Assembly: GCA_036172245.1 (NCBI GenBank)
Contig: JAYWIR010000006.1
Span: forward strand, 1,674,001-1,738,000
Source: Raillietiella orientalis
Taxonomy: Eukaryota
DNA: 64,000 nt
Reading direction: 5' to 3'
Of the stretch, positions 25,601 to 37,200 are shown piece by piece; position 1 is the first letter of the stretch; each line of letters begins with the position of its first letter. The notes beneath the pieces are model-generated. The model ran no database searches and was not told where the DNA came from. It saw nothing but the letters and a program-made list of their open reading frames with translations. The translations under genes and the position numbers were made by a program.

Positions 25601-26469
25601 TAGGATCAAGAAAGGATGGTCCGCAGAGGAAGAGGAAGTTGCCTGCAGGTTCTGTGCTCTTGCTCTGCAGGAAGGAGTCGTCGTAGATATCCGTGCGCGT
25701 CCGGTAAAGCAGACAACCAGGAAGGGAACAGGAAAACGGTACCCAGCGGCAGTTGTGCCACTCCGCAGCGAGAAAAAGCGGGAAAGACACCCGGTAGCCT
25801 CGGCTCTGCCTTGCCGAGGGCGGAGGGGAAGCGCGTAAGCGCTGCATCGAGCAAGCAGCTCGAATTTTTCGGATGCTGGGTAGCTGATCTTTGGATCATT
25901 CGCACGAGGAGCAGACGAAGCTGCACATTCAGGGACGGACCGCGGTCCTTCCTTCCACTGCCAGCCGGTGAGAGACGAGGAAAGACCGATCTTCCATCCA
26001 GGATCATCGCTTATTATTCAGTCATCACAGTGCGGCTCTATTGTGGGACCTCACGCCCGTTGGTTCCCCTTTCCTTCTGAAAGGACCAGCGTCTTTCGTG
26101 CCGTACCAGTCCGCTTTCGCACGAAAGCGCCGTGGGAACGACGACCTCAGACAGTACTGTTCTCCTGGGAGCTTCTTCGCCAAGAGGCTCCCGAGACTCT
26201 CCGGCGAGAGAACTCCATCGCCTGAGGGATGCCGAGGCTCTCGCTGCTTTGGCGCATCCGATTGATGCAGTTTCACTCGACGCCCTCTAGTGGCTGCTGG
26301 ATCATTCGAGGATCATCCTTGACCTCCGTGGCGGGTCTTCGGCCGCTTCAGCTACATCCCTCGCTAAAGCGACAACGACCTTCCGCCACAACAGCCCTCT
26401 TCCAGAGACCTGCCGCCACTTTTGCCTCCCGACTGCAGGTCGAAGGCCTCTCTTTAGCACCACAGGCGT

Positions 26470-26830
26470 GCGTTTCCTAGGAAATGGCTTCCGTTTGGAG
26501 AGTGAAGCGCACCACGAGAAAGGAAAACCAGCGGCAGCGCGTTCTCCGGTTTCGGAGACGAGTCGCCTCCGGCGAGGGGTCGCTCTCGTCGTGCGAGTAG
26601 TCCGGAATTTCTTGCAGTCCCCCATCGAGGAGGTTTTCCCGTCGATTTACTCCTTCTCCTTCGCCTCTCCGGGAGGGTCACTCCTCGACAGTTGCCTCCG
26701 GCGAGTGGCAGCTGCTAGCTGCTGCTGCCTCCGAAGGCGACATCAGGAGCATCTTCCTCCTTCCAAGGACTGCAGACCGATGGTCGTCATGGGTCACTCC
26801 TCCCACGGACTCCGTCGCCGACGTCCTGAG
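26470..26830 (+). mobile_element. Degenerate APE endonuclease fragment
   Basis: LRRGVALVVR (RGVAIL motif) and RPMVVMGHS (P.IV.GDFN motif). Confidence 0.45.
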
Positions 26831-28959
26831 AGATCCATCCAGCTCCTGGGTACTTCTCGAAAAGATCACAGTCCTGGAAACCTTCGCGGTTCCTTTGTGA
26901 AGACGGGTAATTGATGGAGGCTGCCTGATGCCGCGGATGAAAACAACGTGACAGCCGAATCAAGGAGTCATTGGCTCCGTGTTTTCCAGCCGTCAGGAGC
27001 CTCACGTTTCCAAGAGCCCGGCGGATTTTTTCTGTCTCCTCCCCTCTCTCTCGTTCAGCTCCACCTCAGGTGGCATGGCAGCGGCTCTCGCCATCACAAC
27101 GCCGCTCACTTTAACGGTCTCCAGGCAGGAATGGTCGGAGCCGCGTCTAACGGTTGTCTTAACAATCCGGCGGCGCTACCAGACGGCGAACGGTGGGGGA
27201 AGGTGGGGGAGGGGGGGGGAAGGGAGGCTGGCGAGAGCGCGCGCATGCGATCTGGCAGGCAACCGCACGAGCTCCGAACTCACAGCGACGAGAATGTGGC
27301 GCGGGAGGTCCCTGGAGGAGGGGAGGGGGGACGAACTTGGATCTCAGAGCCCACGCATGCAAAGGCGCTCTCGGCGGCGGCGGAGCTCCTCGCCTTGGGG
27401 GACCTCTCAAGGACCTTCGCCTCTTCCCGACACCTCCGGAAGATCGAAACGTCTCACACCCCTGCTCCGTCGGTGTCTACTCTCGGGAAAAAGAGGGGAT
27501 GGTGTCTTCGTAGGGGAGAGAGAGGAGGAGGAGAGTAACGGTGCGAGAGAGACAGGGATCAACTTTTCCGCCAGCAGAAGTACTTTGGCCTCCTCATCCC
27601 GCGCACGAGTTTCACTTCTTGCCTAGGGGGTGCTTCGCTCACAGACAGCGCGCGTTCCTCCAGGTCTGTCTTTACCTTGCCGTACCTCTTTCCTCTCCCC
27701 CCCTCCCTCCTCCCCGCCCCCAAATCCTGCGCGTGCTTTTACGTCAGGACGTTCTCTACTTTCCCTCTGGCAGCCAGCGTCCTGGTCCTGATGATCGCGA
27801 CGGCCTTGGGCTACGACGAGAGCGGCGGCAGCGAGCGTTCCCGAAAACACTCGTTCCCGTCCGCTCTCGGGTTTCGCCGCCGCCTCTGCAGGAAACTTTG
27901 GTCCATTTGGAAGGGGATGAATATCGCGTTTCGCCTGGCCGCGGGGGCACGAAGGGAATCTCCGCGCCGCACGCGTTTTTCCGGGCCGCCGACGCTGACG
28001 AGTGGTCCGCGCACCGCTGCACATGGGCACGGACGGGGGGCCGCCCCTGTCGCCACGGATCGAGCGGAGGCACTCCAGGCGTACCGCCCCTCGGCTCTCT
28101 CGTCCCCGCTCGGTGGGGCCTTTCTTTTTTCCTCCTCCTCCCCTCCCCTCCTGCTCTCTGCCCCTCTTTTCGCTGCGGACTCCATCTTCGGAGCCCTCAG
28201 GTCCCCTGCCGACAGGCACTCCCGCACGAACCGAAAGCGCTGCTCGCGCTAATCCGACCTGGGACAAAAGCGGACCCGCAGAAAAGCTGAGTCGAAAACA
28301 TCCCGGGGATCGACGGGAGGGGGGAAGAGGAGGAGGGCTACAACAGTTGGAGGAGATACGCTTGAGAATGAGGTGGCGGCGCGTCTGCTCGAGGGAAGGA
28401 GGAGGGAGGAGTGGGCGAAAGGCGTTTGCCCCGAGAACCACGACGACGGCGGATGCGCGCATCCGAGTTCGGGTGCAGCGCAGACGCTCCAGCCGCTGAC
28501 GCTGTTGGCCCCCGCGACGGGTCAGCCGCTACTCCGACGACCGGCGCTGGAGCGAAACGTCCGCCAAGGATGCCAGTCTCTCACGGCGGGGAGCCTCTGG
28601 GATTCCCGGGAATGCACCCAGGCCGGTCCCAGCGTGTATGCGCGTGCAGGGAGGAGAGGGGGGGGAGAAAGGAAGGGAGGCGTCTCGAGAGAGAGAGAGG
28701 ACGGGAGTCCCTCGGAGCCGCGCCACCCTGCGCACGCGCATTCCTGGATCCGTCCACGCCGACGCCTCGGCCTTCCCCCCGCGAGCGCGGGACGCGCGCC
28801 CCGGAACCTCCCCTTCAGTAGCACGAAATTCCGCGTTCTTGGAATTTCTCGCGTCCCTTGAGTTTCGCGAGCGGCCGAACGGCGGCATGTGCGCTCCGTG
28901 AGGGTGCCGGCAGCTGACGCAGACGCGTGGGATGGGGAAGGAAGAGGGGAGCAAAGACG

Positions 28960-29640
28960 GGGTGGGAAAGAAAAAGCCCATCTCCGGAAATTCCTCTCGG
29001 GTGCGGTCCATCCAGCACCCGAGAGGGGCGCTGGGGTGAGTTTTGGGGAATTCCTCTGAAAGACCTCGAGTGGCCCCCAGTGCAGGAAAAACTCTCGTAC
29101 CGTCCCTCTTAAGTGGCAGGAGTCGGCGACCCTGGTGTTGCATGGGCCTCCACCCGCTCAACACCAGGGTTCGACATCAATGGACTCGGAGGAGGGGGTT
29201 GACCGCGAACTGTAGCAGGTGCGGGGAACGAGAATCCCCCCCGCACCTGCTCGTGGATTGTGTTGCCCTTCGGCTCCTCTGGGAACGCTTTGCTGCGACC
29301 CTAGAACCCCCCGACGACAACCCCAAAGACTTTTTGAAACGCCTCTTTGCTCGAGATGCCCTTCCGCCAGCCGCGTTCCCAGCAGCTCTCCGCTGCCTAC
29401 GCACGATCGTGGCTGCCTGGAGCGCCGTCGAGAGAGGTGAGGACGACAGGGGGCGCCAATCCATTTCGCGGCCAGCCTCGTGAGGATTGCGTCAAGATCT
29501 CCCCATCCGCGAAACACGCAGCCTGAACCTGCCGGCATCCTTGGAAGGATGCAGAGGACGCCCGCGGGCGGACAGAGATCTCGCTTCCCATGCCCCCCAG
29601 AATTGTTTTATCCTTATTTTCTCTTATTTTTGATATTCCC
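28960..29640 (+). mobile_element. L1/Tx1 ORF2 3' end with CCHC zinc knuckle (5'-truncated copy)
   Basis: CSRCGERESPPHLLVDCVALRLLW is the C-x2-C..H-x4-C motif of non-LTR ORF2; T-rich tail near 29600-29635. DNA similarity to 48950-49550 and 50300-50920. Confidence 0.75.
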
Positions 29641-29699
29641 ATCCCCTCTAGCTGTCGGGGCGATCCTCGCCGGTCTGATCTCCGACCGCCATCTCTACA

Positions 29700-30140
29700 T
29701 GTCATTTAATGCAACGAACGTGGCGGGAACGACATTCCACATCCCTTGAAACGAACGACCCTGACGCAACTGGGTGAGAAGGGAGGAGCGGGAGGTGGCC
29801 GCCACCGCTCCGTTCGCGCTCGCTGTGATCCCGGTGTGGGGCACACGGCTGCTCGCGCGCTCTTCCACGCGCTCTTCCACTTCTTCCACGCGTCGCGGAT
29901 AGAGCTCTCCCCCCTCTGGCGGACATCCCATCCCGGGCTGTCCCGGAGGAACGAGAGAGCCGCGTTCTGGTCGGCCGGCCTTCAGGAGCGAGGCCAGCGG
30001 GCACGCATGCCCTCCATTTCCTCCTCCTCCCCTCCCAGGCGAACGTTCCCGGACCGCGAGGCTCGCCGCGGCTGTCATCCGTCTTACTGGGAGATCGGTC
30101 CAGAGCAGAAGTCGCCTCGCGCTCTTCCCACTTGCTGAGC
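29700..30140 (+). mobile_element. Degenerate APE fragment
   Basis: ELSPLWRTSHPG...FWSAG..ARMP (L.D.WR..HP...TW); similar to 39860-39990. Confidence 0.4.
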
Positions 30141-31099
30141 AGGCGCGGCGGCGGCGGCACTTCAGGCCCGCCGTTCCTCGAGGGAACCTCTGTTCCTCGA
30201 GGTGACGTCAGCGGGTTTTTATCTTTGTCTGAGCTGGTCCAATAAATCTGATGTTGATGATCCCTAATTATCTACTCTGCGTACTCGAAACGCCATTTCC
30301 GCTCGCGGATTCCGAGCGCCGGCTGCGTCTTTCGCGGAGAGGTCGGCCGGGTAGCAGACGCGTTCCCAGAGGAGAGAAGGAGGGGAGGGGTATGGATCGG
30401 AGGAGAGGCGGAACACGAGGAGCAGGACGGGAAAAGAAGAAGGGGGTTCAAGGGGAAGGAATGCACGTCGCCTGAGAGAGGGGAAAGGCAGGTGGCCCGG
30501 CTGGCTTCTCCCTCTCCCCCCCCCTCTCTCTTCTCCCCTTCCTCCCGGCTGCTGCCCGCGAGCGTAGTCACCCGCCAGGAGGTCCGAGCACGGTCGAAGA
30601 GGCTTTCGCGCTGAACTCGGGCGCGCCGAGGGCGGACGGACGCACCCGTGCGCAGGAGCAAATTCTCCGAGATGACGTCACGCCGCCGCACGTCCGGCGC
30701 GCGCGTGCTGCCGCACACGAATGTTCACACGTACGTACAAGAATGGTAGCACAGCACTCATGCGTCCGTGCGCACACGCACGTCCGCGAACGCGCGTGTC
30801 CACGAAATCACGCACTCGCACAAGTTTTCAAACACCCGCGTGAGCCAGGAACGCTCCAGTACGCGTGCAACGTGTGTACACGCGCACGCGCACGCGTGCG
30901 AATGCGTGCTCTCTAGAGTGTCGCCCGAAGGCGAAGGAAAGATGCCCAGCACGGTGCTCTGAAGATCCGATTGTTCTGGATGATTTGCTCCGGAGAGTCC
31001 TGTGCTGCCGGTCGCGAAGGGTGCAGCAGAGGTGCACAGGTTCGACCCTGCTGCTGCTCGCCCCGCATCTTTTTTCTTTCTTTCTTTCTTCTTCCCTCC

Positions 31100-31380
31100 C
31101 TCCTTCCGCCTTCTTGTTCCCTCCTTTCCCTCCGTTCCGTCAGCAGGAGCCACCATTCCTGGACCGGCAACACCAGGTATCCCCCCTCCGAACTCCAGAG
31201 AGAGCTGACGTATCGGAAACCCCAACTTACGGCGACCGCACCTGGGCAGGAAGCCTGTCCGTGGATCGGTTTCCAAGGAAACGGATCCCTCGAAACGGGA
31301 AGAGTTTCCCTGACGCCCAAAGTGTCCTTTTCCGCGGAGGGGCGGTCGACTCGGAACCGTCGTCGACTTCCGTTACCCGT
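31100..31380 (+). mobile_element. Degenerate ORF1 fragment
   Basis: TYGDRTWAGSLSVDRF..RIP...VLFRG. Confidence 0.35.
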
Positions 31381-31559
31381 TCCCGGGGGGAATTTTCAGA
31401 GGGCTAGTTGCGATCGCGACCTCGCGGAGGCTCCTGGACGTAGGGGGCCCTCACCGGCATCGAAGCAATAATCGGGTGATCAGCCATGGGTATGTTCACC
31501 TCTCTCTTTTTCTCTCCCCCCTCTTTTCCCTTTTCCTTTTTCAGCGGCAGTCCTGGCTC

Positions 31560-32090
31560 GCGTGGGGAGCCCCGCTTTCCTCCCCCCCTTTCTCCTCAAG
31601 CGAGTCCACTTGCCGGCTGCCGACCTCGGCTCTCCCTCAAGAGTGGCCTCATGGAGCGCGCAATCAGCTCACGGATCCCGGAAGGACTTCTCGAGAGAAC
31701 GATGGCAAGGATCTTCCATCTTCGTAAGCGAATTAATGCGGATCGCCAGGTTTCGGGACTTTCCGAAGAGCGGGGAGCAGTCGAGTGAGATAGGAACGTC
31801 TCAGAGGAACGGAAAAGCCGAAATTCCGAAGGCTGCCACTGCTGTTGCTGCGTCTGCGAGGGACAGGTCGGCTCCGAGGAGGCAGATAGGGGAGCAGGAG
31901 GAGTATGAAGGGAAGAGGAAGAGGAGGAGGCAGAGAGGATGAATTTCGTTCCGAGGAAAACGGTGAAAGCCGGAAGTGATGGGAGGAGGGACGCCTCGCT
32001 CGACATAATGGCCGATACGGCGGGGGCGATCCGTCCAAAGTTCCGAGGAGCAAACAACACCGCAGGCGCGATAAGAAGCCGAAAGAGCGC
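31560..32090 (-). mobile_element. Degenerate RT N-terminal fragment
   Basis: GTLDGSPPPY (PGPDG.P.EFY) followed by PETWRSALIRLRRWKILAIVLSR (NWRPISLL..YKILAKVLANR). Confidence 0.6.
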
Positions 32091-32249
32091 GCTCACACCG
32101 CGACCAATGAGAGATTTCTGGGGGGGGGGGGATAGGACATCCGAGTCACGGGAGGACCGCTGGCGAGCAGGTCCTGGACCTCTCCACAGGGCAAACTCCC
32201 TCCTCTCTCACTGACCACCTTGGGCCTGGAAGTGGACGGAAAGGGAGGG

Positions 32250-33330
32250 GAGGGAGTGCTCGCCCTCAGAGCTCTCACCCATCGTCACCGGTCGGCAGGC
32301 CGCCGGCGACTCCCGGCCAGCAACAGTACCCTAGGGTGTCCGGGAGAGCCGAGAGAGAAGCCGAGAAAGGGCGTCGGGCGAGCGACGAGTGCGTTTCCGG
32401 AAGGTGCTCGCGGGCAGATTCTCTCCCCCTCCGCTTCTCCCTTGCAGTGGACCTGTGCTCCACGCTCGGCGTGTGGATGTAGCCCCACCGCTGAGGCAGC
32501 AGGCCGGCGGCACCCACCGGATGAGGCAGATGGGTGGCGCCCCCGAGATCGTTCCAGCCAGCCGCGCCCGGTCGGAGTCGCTTCCGACTGTCAGAAGTGA
32601 CGAATCGGAAGTGGGATGAGGAAGAGGAGGAGGAGGAGCGACCCAAGCGTGGAGCGCGCCGGTGCTCGTGGCGTCTGCCGCCGCTCCCGCGAGCCTGCGC
32701 GCGCACCTTGGCAACAGCAGCCCGCGCGGGCCGCGAGCGAGCGCCTGCTGTGAACGCGAGGCTCCCGTGAGTTGCCGCCGTTCCTTGAAGTCCCCGAGGC
32801 AGGCGAGCAGGAGCCTTCCTCTTCCTCCCCCTCTTCCTCCCGGCCGCGGGAGACGAGCAGTGGCCCCTCCACCAATGGGCATCGCGGCCCGGGCGTCCTC
32901 GGAGGCGAGGGGTTCTGCACGGGGCTGCCTGCCGTGCTACGGTCTACTCGGCGTCGGAGGAAGCGGCCAGAGTGAGTCTACAGGTGCGCGCACGCGCACC
33001 CCCATCAAAAAACGGCAACTCCCGAAACGAGCCAGGAAACCTCCCTCTGGACTCACAAGCGCCACGCACCATCGGCGGCTCCGCCGGTGCCCTCCGACAC
33101 CGTCTGCGAAGCCGAGGAGGCGTCCGGTGCTGCTCCGGGAGCGTCTGGCTGCCGAGGAAGGGGAGGGAGAGAGAGAGCGTGGCGATGCGTGGAACGCACC
33201 TCCGCTCCGGGCCGCGGGAAGGGCGGTCGCGCAGGAGCCAAAGTGCGGTCCCTGAAACTCGTCCATGCCCGTCCGAGGAAGAGGCGATGCCTGGTCCGAT
33301 CCATTCCTATCGATCTTCCGCCTTGACTGT
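32250..33330 (+). mobile_element. Degenerate ORF1 fragment followed by APE fragment
   Basis: GERRVRFRK...; PGR...ATVYSA and GDAWNAPP (L.DAW..HP). Confidence 0.35.
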
Positions 33331-33689
33331 GTGTCTCCAACGAGAGCGATCCCGAAGAACTCCTGCTCGCCAGTGGTTCAGTTGCACTTCCGGGATTCCA
33401 GAACCAGTAAAAGCGACCAAAGATGAGTGCGGAAGCGGCTCGAAAGAGCTCCTCTTCTTTCCCTCTCCATCCACGCAGCCCCAGCTACGAAACCCAAGAC
33501 TAACTCGAAGGCGGAGAAGCGCGCCACCAAGGAAAAGCAAGGCGTCACTCAACAACCAACGTAGCAGCAGCAGGCGCGTTCAATGCTGGGCGCACAGTCC
33601 GGGAAACCCTTTCGAACGAACGAGCCCTGGTCCACATGGTCGAGCAGATGACGACGACGACATTGCTTTTCGCCCCTCTTCGTACGCCC

Positions 33690-34560
33690 GCGCGGCGACC
33701 GTGCCCGGGCCGGCGCGTCTTGACGCAGCGGCGAGAGACACCCCCGTGCCAAGGGGAAGGCCACGGGTTCGAGTCCACGAGTGGGCTCATCTTTCCGGCC
33801 TCAATCAGAAGAGCGCGTTCCACAGAAAGAGAGCTGGGCAGGGGGAGGCGACGGTGGATGTCGGATGTCCTGCAAGAGCTGATGACTTCGGGTGCTGAAG
33901 AAGGAACGCGACCGTACCGAGGAAGACGGCGGCGATGCTGTGCAACGTCCAGCACAACACTGGGACATCTGCATCTGTCGGACCCATCTCGCACGACCGA
34001 GTCACCGCCGGCAGCCGCGACAATGATCTTCGTCCTTCGTGTTCTTCGTGCACCCACGTAGCGGCAGCGCCCGGCGGCAGCACTGTCCGGTTGCCGGCCT
34101 CTTGGCGCGGCGGGTGAGACCTCCCCGCGCCGAGGGAAGGGGGGACCGCGAGTTCGAATCGCCGGGAGGGCGCAACTTCCCGGCCTCAATCAGGAGCGCC
34201 TCTCAGCAGGACATCTGCCGGACGCTCCCGCACCACCGCGCGCAGACCGGCAGCACGGTCGAGCGGTGCCGACTCGACCGTGCTGCCGCGTTCCGGCAGC
34301 CGCGACAGTGCTTTTCGCCCTTCTGTGCGCACATACCCGCGTGGTAGCAGAGCCCTCCGGGCCGGCGCTTCTGGCTTGGCGGCGAGAGACCCCTTCCGCG
34401 TCGAGGGTAGAAGGGAGGGCGGAGAGTTCGAATCCCTGGGCGGGGGGGGGGGAACCCGTGTCCCTGCGAAGTTCTCCTCCTTCATACCTGGCAAGCAGAG
34501 GACCCGGCCGTTCGTCGCGGACAGCGCCCTCGTCTCTGCAGCGGAGAATCCGGGCAGGCC
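33690..34560 (+). repeat. Three diverged tandem copies of a roughly 100-bp motif within ORF1/zinc-knuckle-like fragments
   Basis: CCGG..GCCGGC..GCGGCG.GAGAC.CC..CG.G.C.AGGG..GTTCGA.TC recurs near 33703, 34087 and 34357. Translations give FPASIR and YRGRRRRCC..GHL, RQPRQCF, PGKQRT. Confidence 0.65.
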
Positions 34561-34779
34561 GAGGGAAAACAGCGGGAAGCTGCAGGGAAGGATAAAAATC
34601 CCTTGAGTTCGTTCGTCTCCGTTATCCTGAACCTTCCGGGGAAAGCGAGCGAGTCTGGCGCGTTCACCGTCGACGTTCCGAGCCTTTTTCCAGGTTCTGG
34701 AGAGAAAGGACGCTTGAGAGGAGGCAGCCCTCGAGAGCAGAGGAAATGCTAGAGGGGGAGGGGGAAATGGCGGAGAAAA

Positions 34780-35100
34780 GCGCAGCCGTCCCTTCCTCCT
34801 CACCTGCCGCACGGAGCAGCGAGTGCGAACGCAGCAGGGACCGAGGGAGGAGAGCCAAGGGACCCGGGATTGAAGAGACGGCGCGCTGCTCCCTTCCTTC
34901 CCTCCCCCATTTGGGGGGAGGGAGGGGGGGAATCGTGATGTCCTGCAGCAGCATCCTTCCGCGGCAGCTCTTCACAGTCAGCCCGCCCCCGCGGGAGGGC
35001 GACGGCGCGGAGGGCGAAGAAAGGGAAGCAACGTCCCCCCATGCGGCACGAATGGGCCATCTCGCTCCGAGATCCAGGGACTCGATTGCGCAGACCGGAA
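34780..35100 (-). mobile_element. Degenerate ORF1 fragment
   Basis: IRAAWGDVAS...RGRMLLQDITIPP..VSSIPGP. Confidence 0.4.
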
Positions 35101-35839
35101 GTGAGATAGAAAGATTCCGATAAACAAGTGGAGTGTTTGTAGATAAATAGATCGGCATGCAGATTAAAAAAAAACACACACACACACACACACGAAAGCA
35201 TTCAAAAGTAGCTTGTTCCGGCAGTTGACAGATGGCGCCGCGTGGCACGGTTTTTGCCCGGCTCAAGAATGCCCCTTTCCCCCACGAGCGCGCGAAAATG
35301 CCGGGATGGCGTGTCTTTCGCGGGATCGAAAAACGGCGCGCTTGCATGGAGGAATGCCGCGCGCGGTTGTCGGCGACGGGTACGAACGCCTGGTTGGATG
35401 ATAATTCCATACAAAATTCATACACGCATTCGATAATGCGGTTATGGAACCACGGAGGCGCTCGCGGCGGCAGGCAGTCGAGTCGGATGGCCTCTCCTCG
35501 CGTGGGGAGCTGAATGTTTCATGAATCCCCACGCCGCCGGCTGCTGTTGCCCCCACTGCTGCCGCACGCTCCCGAGCAGCCTCGAAGTCCCTCGTGGATG
35601 TGCCCTCAAGCGCGGACTTCCTCCGCAGCGGCGGCGGCGGCGATGCACGTTCCCGATAGCAGCAGGGCGCTGCTTTCTTGCGCGTGCGCAAAGGGACGAT
35701 GGCAGGTTGAGCGGAATGAAAGGGGGGGGGGGAAGGGGAGGGGGAACCTGACGAAAAAACGACTTTGCGAATTCCTCCTGGATTTTTTTTGTGTTTGCTT
35801 GTTTGGACCCCAGCGAATCCATTCGATCGCCCCCCTCCC

Positions 35840-37200
35840 TTATGTTTACTCGGAACGCTCAGCAGCCTCTCTCGCTCACCTCCTACGCCTCGACAGTGCT
35901 GGCGCACGTCGCAGCCACCCGTTCTGTACACGGGGCGAGGAGGGGAGGGGGGAGGTAAGTATGAATGGGGCGGGTGGTTTCGTTTGTCAGGTTGGGGCAA
36001 AATTCCAGCAGTGGGTCTGTGGTGACCCGACGACTCCGGATGCGGCTTCCTTGGGCTCACCCCGTCCTGTGCCCGGCACCTGGTCCGTGCGAAGAGGAAT
36101 GCTCTCGCAAGGCTCCTGACTCGGGAACCGACGCTGAGTTCGGGAAACTCCCGAAGACGCTCCCCAGGGGCACGCGAACGCACACGCCGCCGGCGGGCAA
36201 GAGCTACGGCAGGAGCGGGAAGTCCGAGGGTTTGCCCTCCCCTCCTTCTTCCGCGAGCAGCCGTTGGGCGCCTCCGGGCCTTTCTTACTCCCCCCCCTTC
36301 TGTTCCTCGGGTGCTTCCTGGACGCGCGCACCTCGGTTGCGCCGTGAACGACCTGTGACCTCTGGGCAGCGCGTTCTTTAATTAGGCCTCTTGGCGAGAG
36401 GCGCTCGCAGACGTTGAGCCCGAAAACTCGAAGGCCAGGGTCCAGGGAGTTCGTTTGATTCTTCGAGCGAGCTGGGCGAATGGCAGAGAGAGAGCTTTCC
36501 TTCCTAAACGCTTCGCAAGGATCTTCTCCCCCCTCACCCCATCCCCACCCCACCCCACCCAAAAAAATTGAATTCTCGATAGCTGACGCCCTGTTTAGCA
36601 GACCGTTACGTTCCGCGTTTGTTCTCTCTTTCGTCCGCGTCCTTTCCGCGCTCCCTCGGCTCTTCGCCTGCTCTTTCCTTTGTGGCCTCTCTCCCCGAGG
36701 AAGACAATGGTGAGGTAGGGGATTCCAGTTGGGCTTGCTGCTGCCTCCGAGCAGTTCGGCCCGAGCAGGCCGAGACGGCAGCAGCACGGCCACCACTTTC
36801 TTCTCGACGGATTCCCAGCCGGGGTCACCGCTCCGCCCGCGCGCGCGGGCGGACTGCCCCGCGAAGGACGGCCGGAATCCGCGGGAGGAGGAGGAGGAGG
36901 AGGAAGCCGCCTTCTCGGGCCTGTTGTTACCCGCCGCTCCCTGCGCGGCGAAACGCCGCCTCCGCTGCAGCTCCTTGCCCTGCCGGCGGCGGCGGCGTGT
37001 CCGTTCGCGCGCCCCTGGGAAGTGTCTTCGGGAGTTTCCCGAACGCAGCGTCGGTTCCGGGCGGGGGAGGTACCCGAGTCGAACCCAACTCGTCCTTCAG
37101 ACACATGCGAGGCGGTTCCCCCCCTCCCCCCCGAAGGGGCTCTGCGGGCCTTCTTCCGTCTGCCCGGAGGAGAGGCAGCGCGAGCAAAGATCGTTCTCAA
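35840..37200. mobile_element. Convergent pair of ORF1 fragments sharing an inverted repeat (36124-36218 / 36957-37058)
   Basis: Plus: GRVVSFVR...TRRLRMRL...FGKLPKTLPRG. Minus: FGKLPKTLPRG. Core GGAACCGACGCTG.GTTCGGGAAACTCCCGAAGAC is 34/35 identical between arms. Confidence 0.7.

Noticed and set aside
33740..34450. tRNA genes
   Set aside because: B-box-like motif only; no acceptor stem, D-arm or anticodon arm could be folded.
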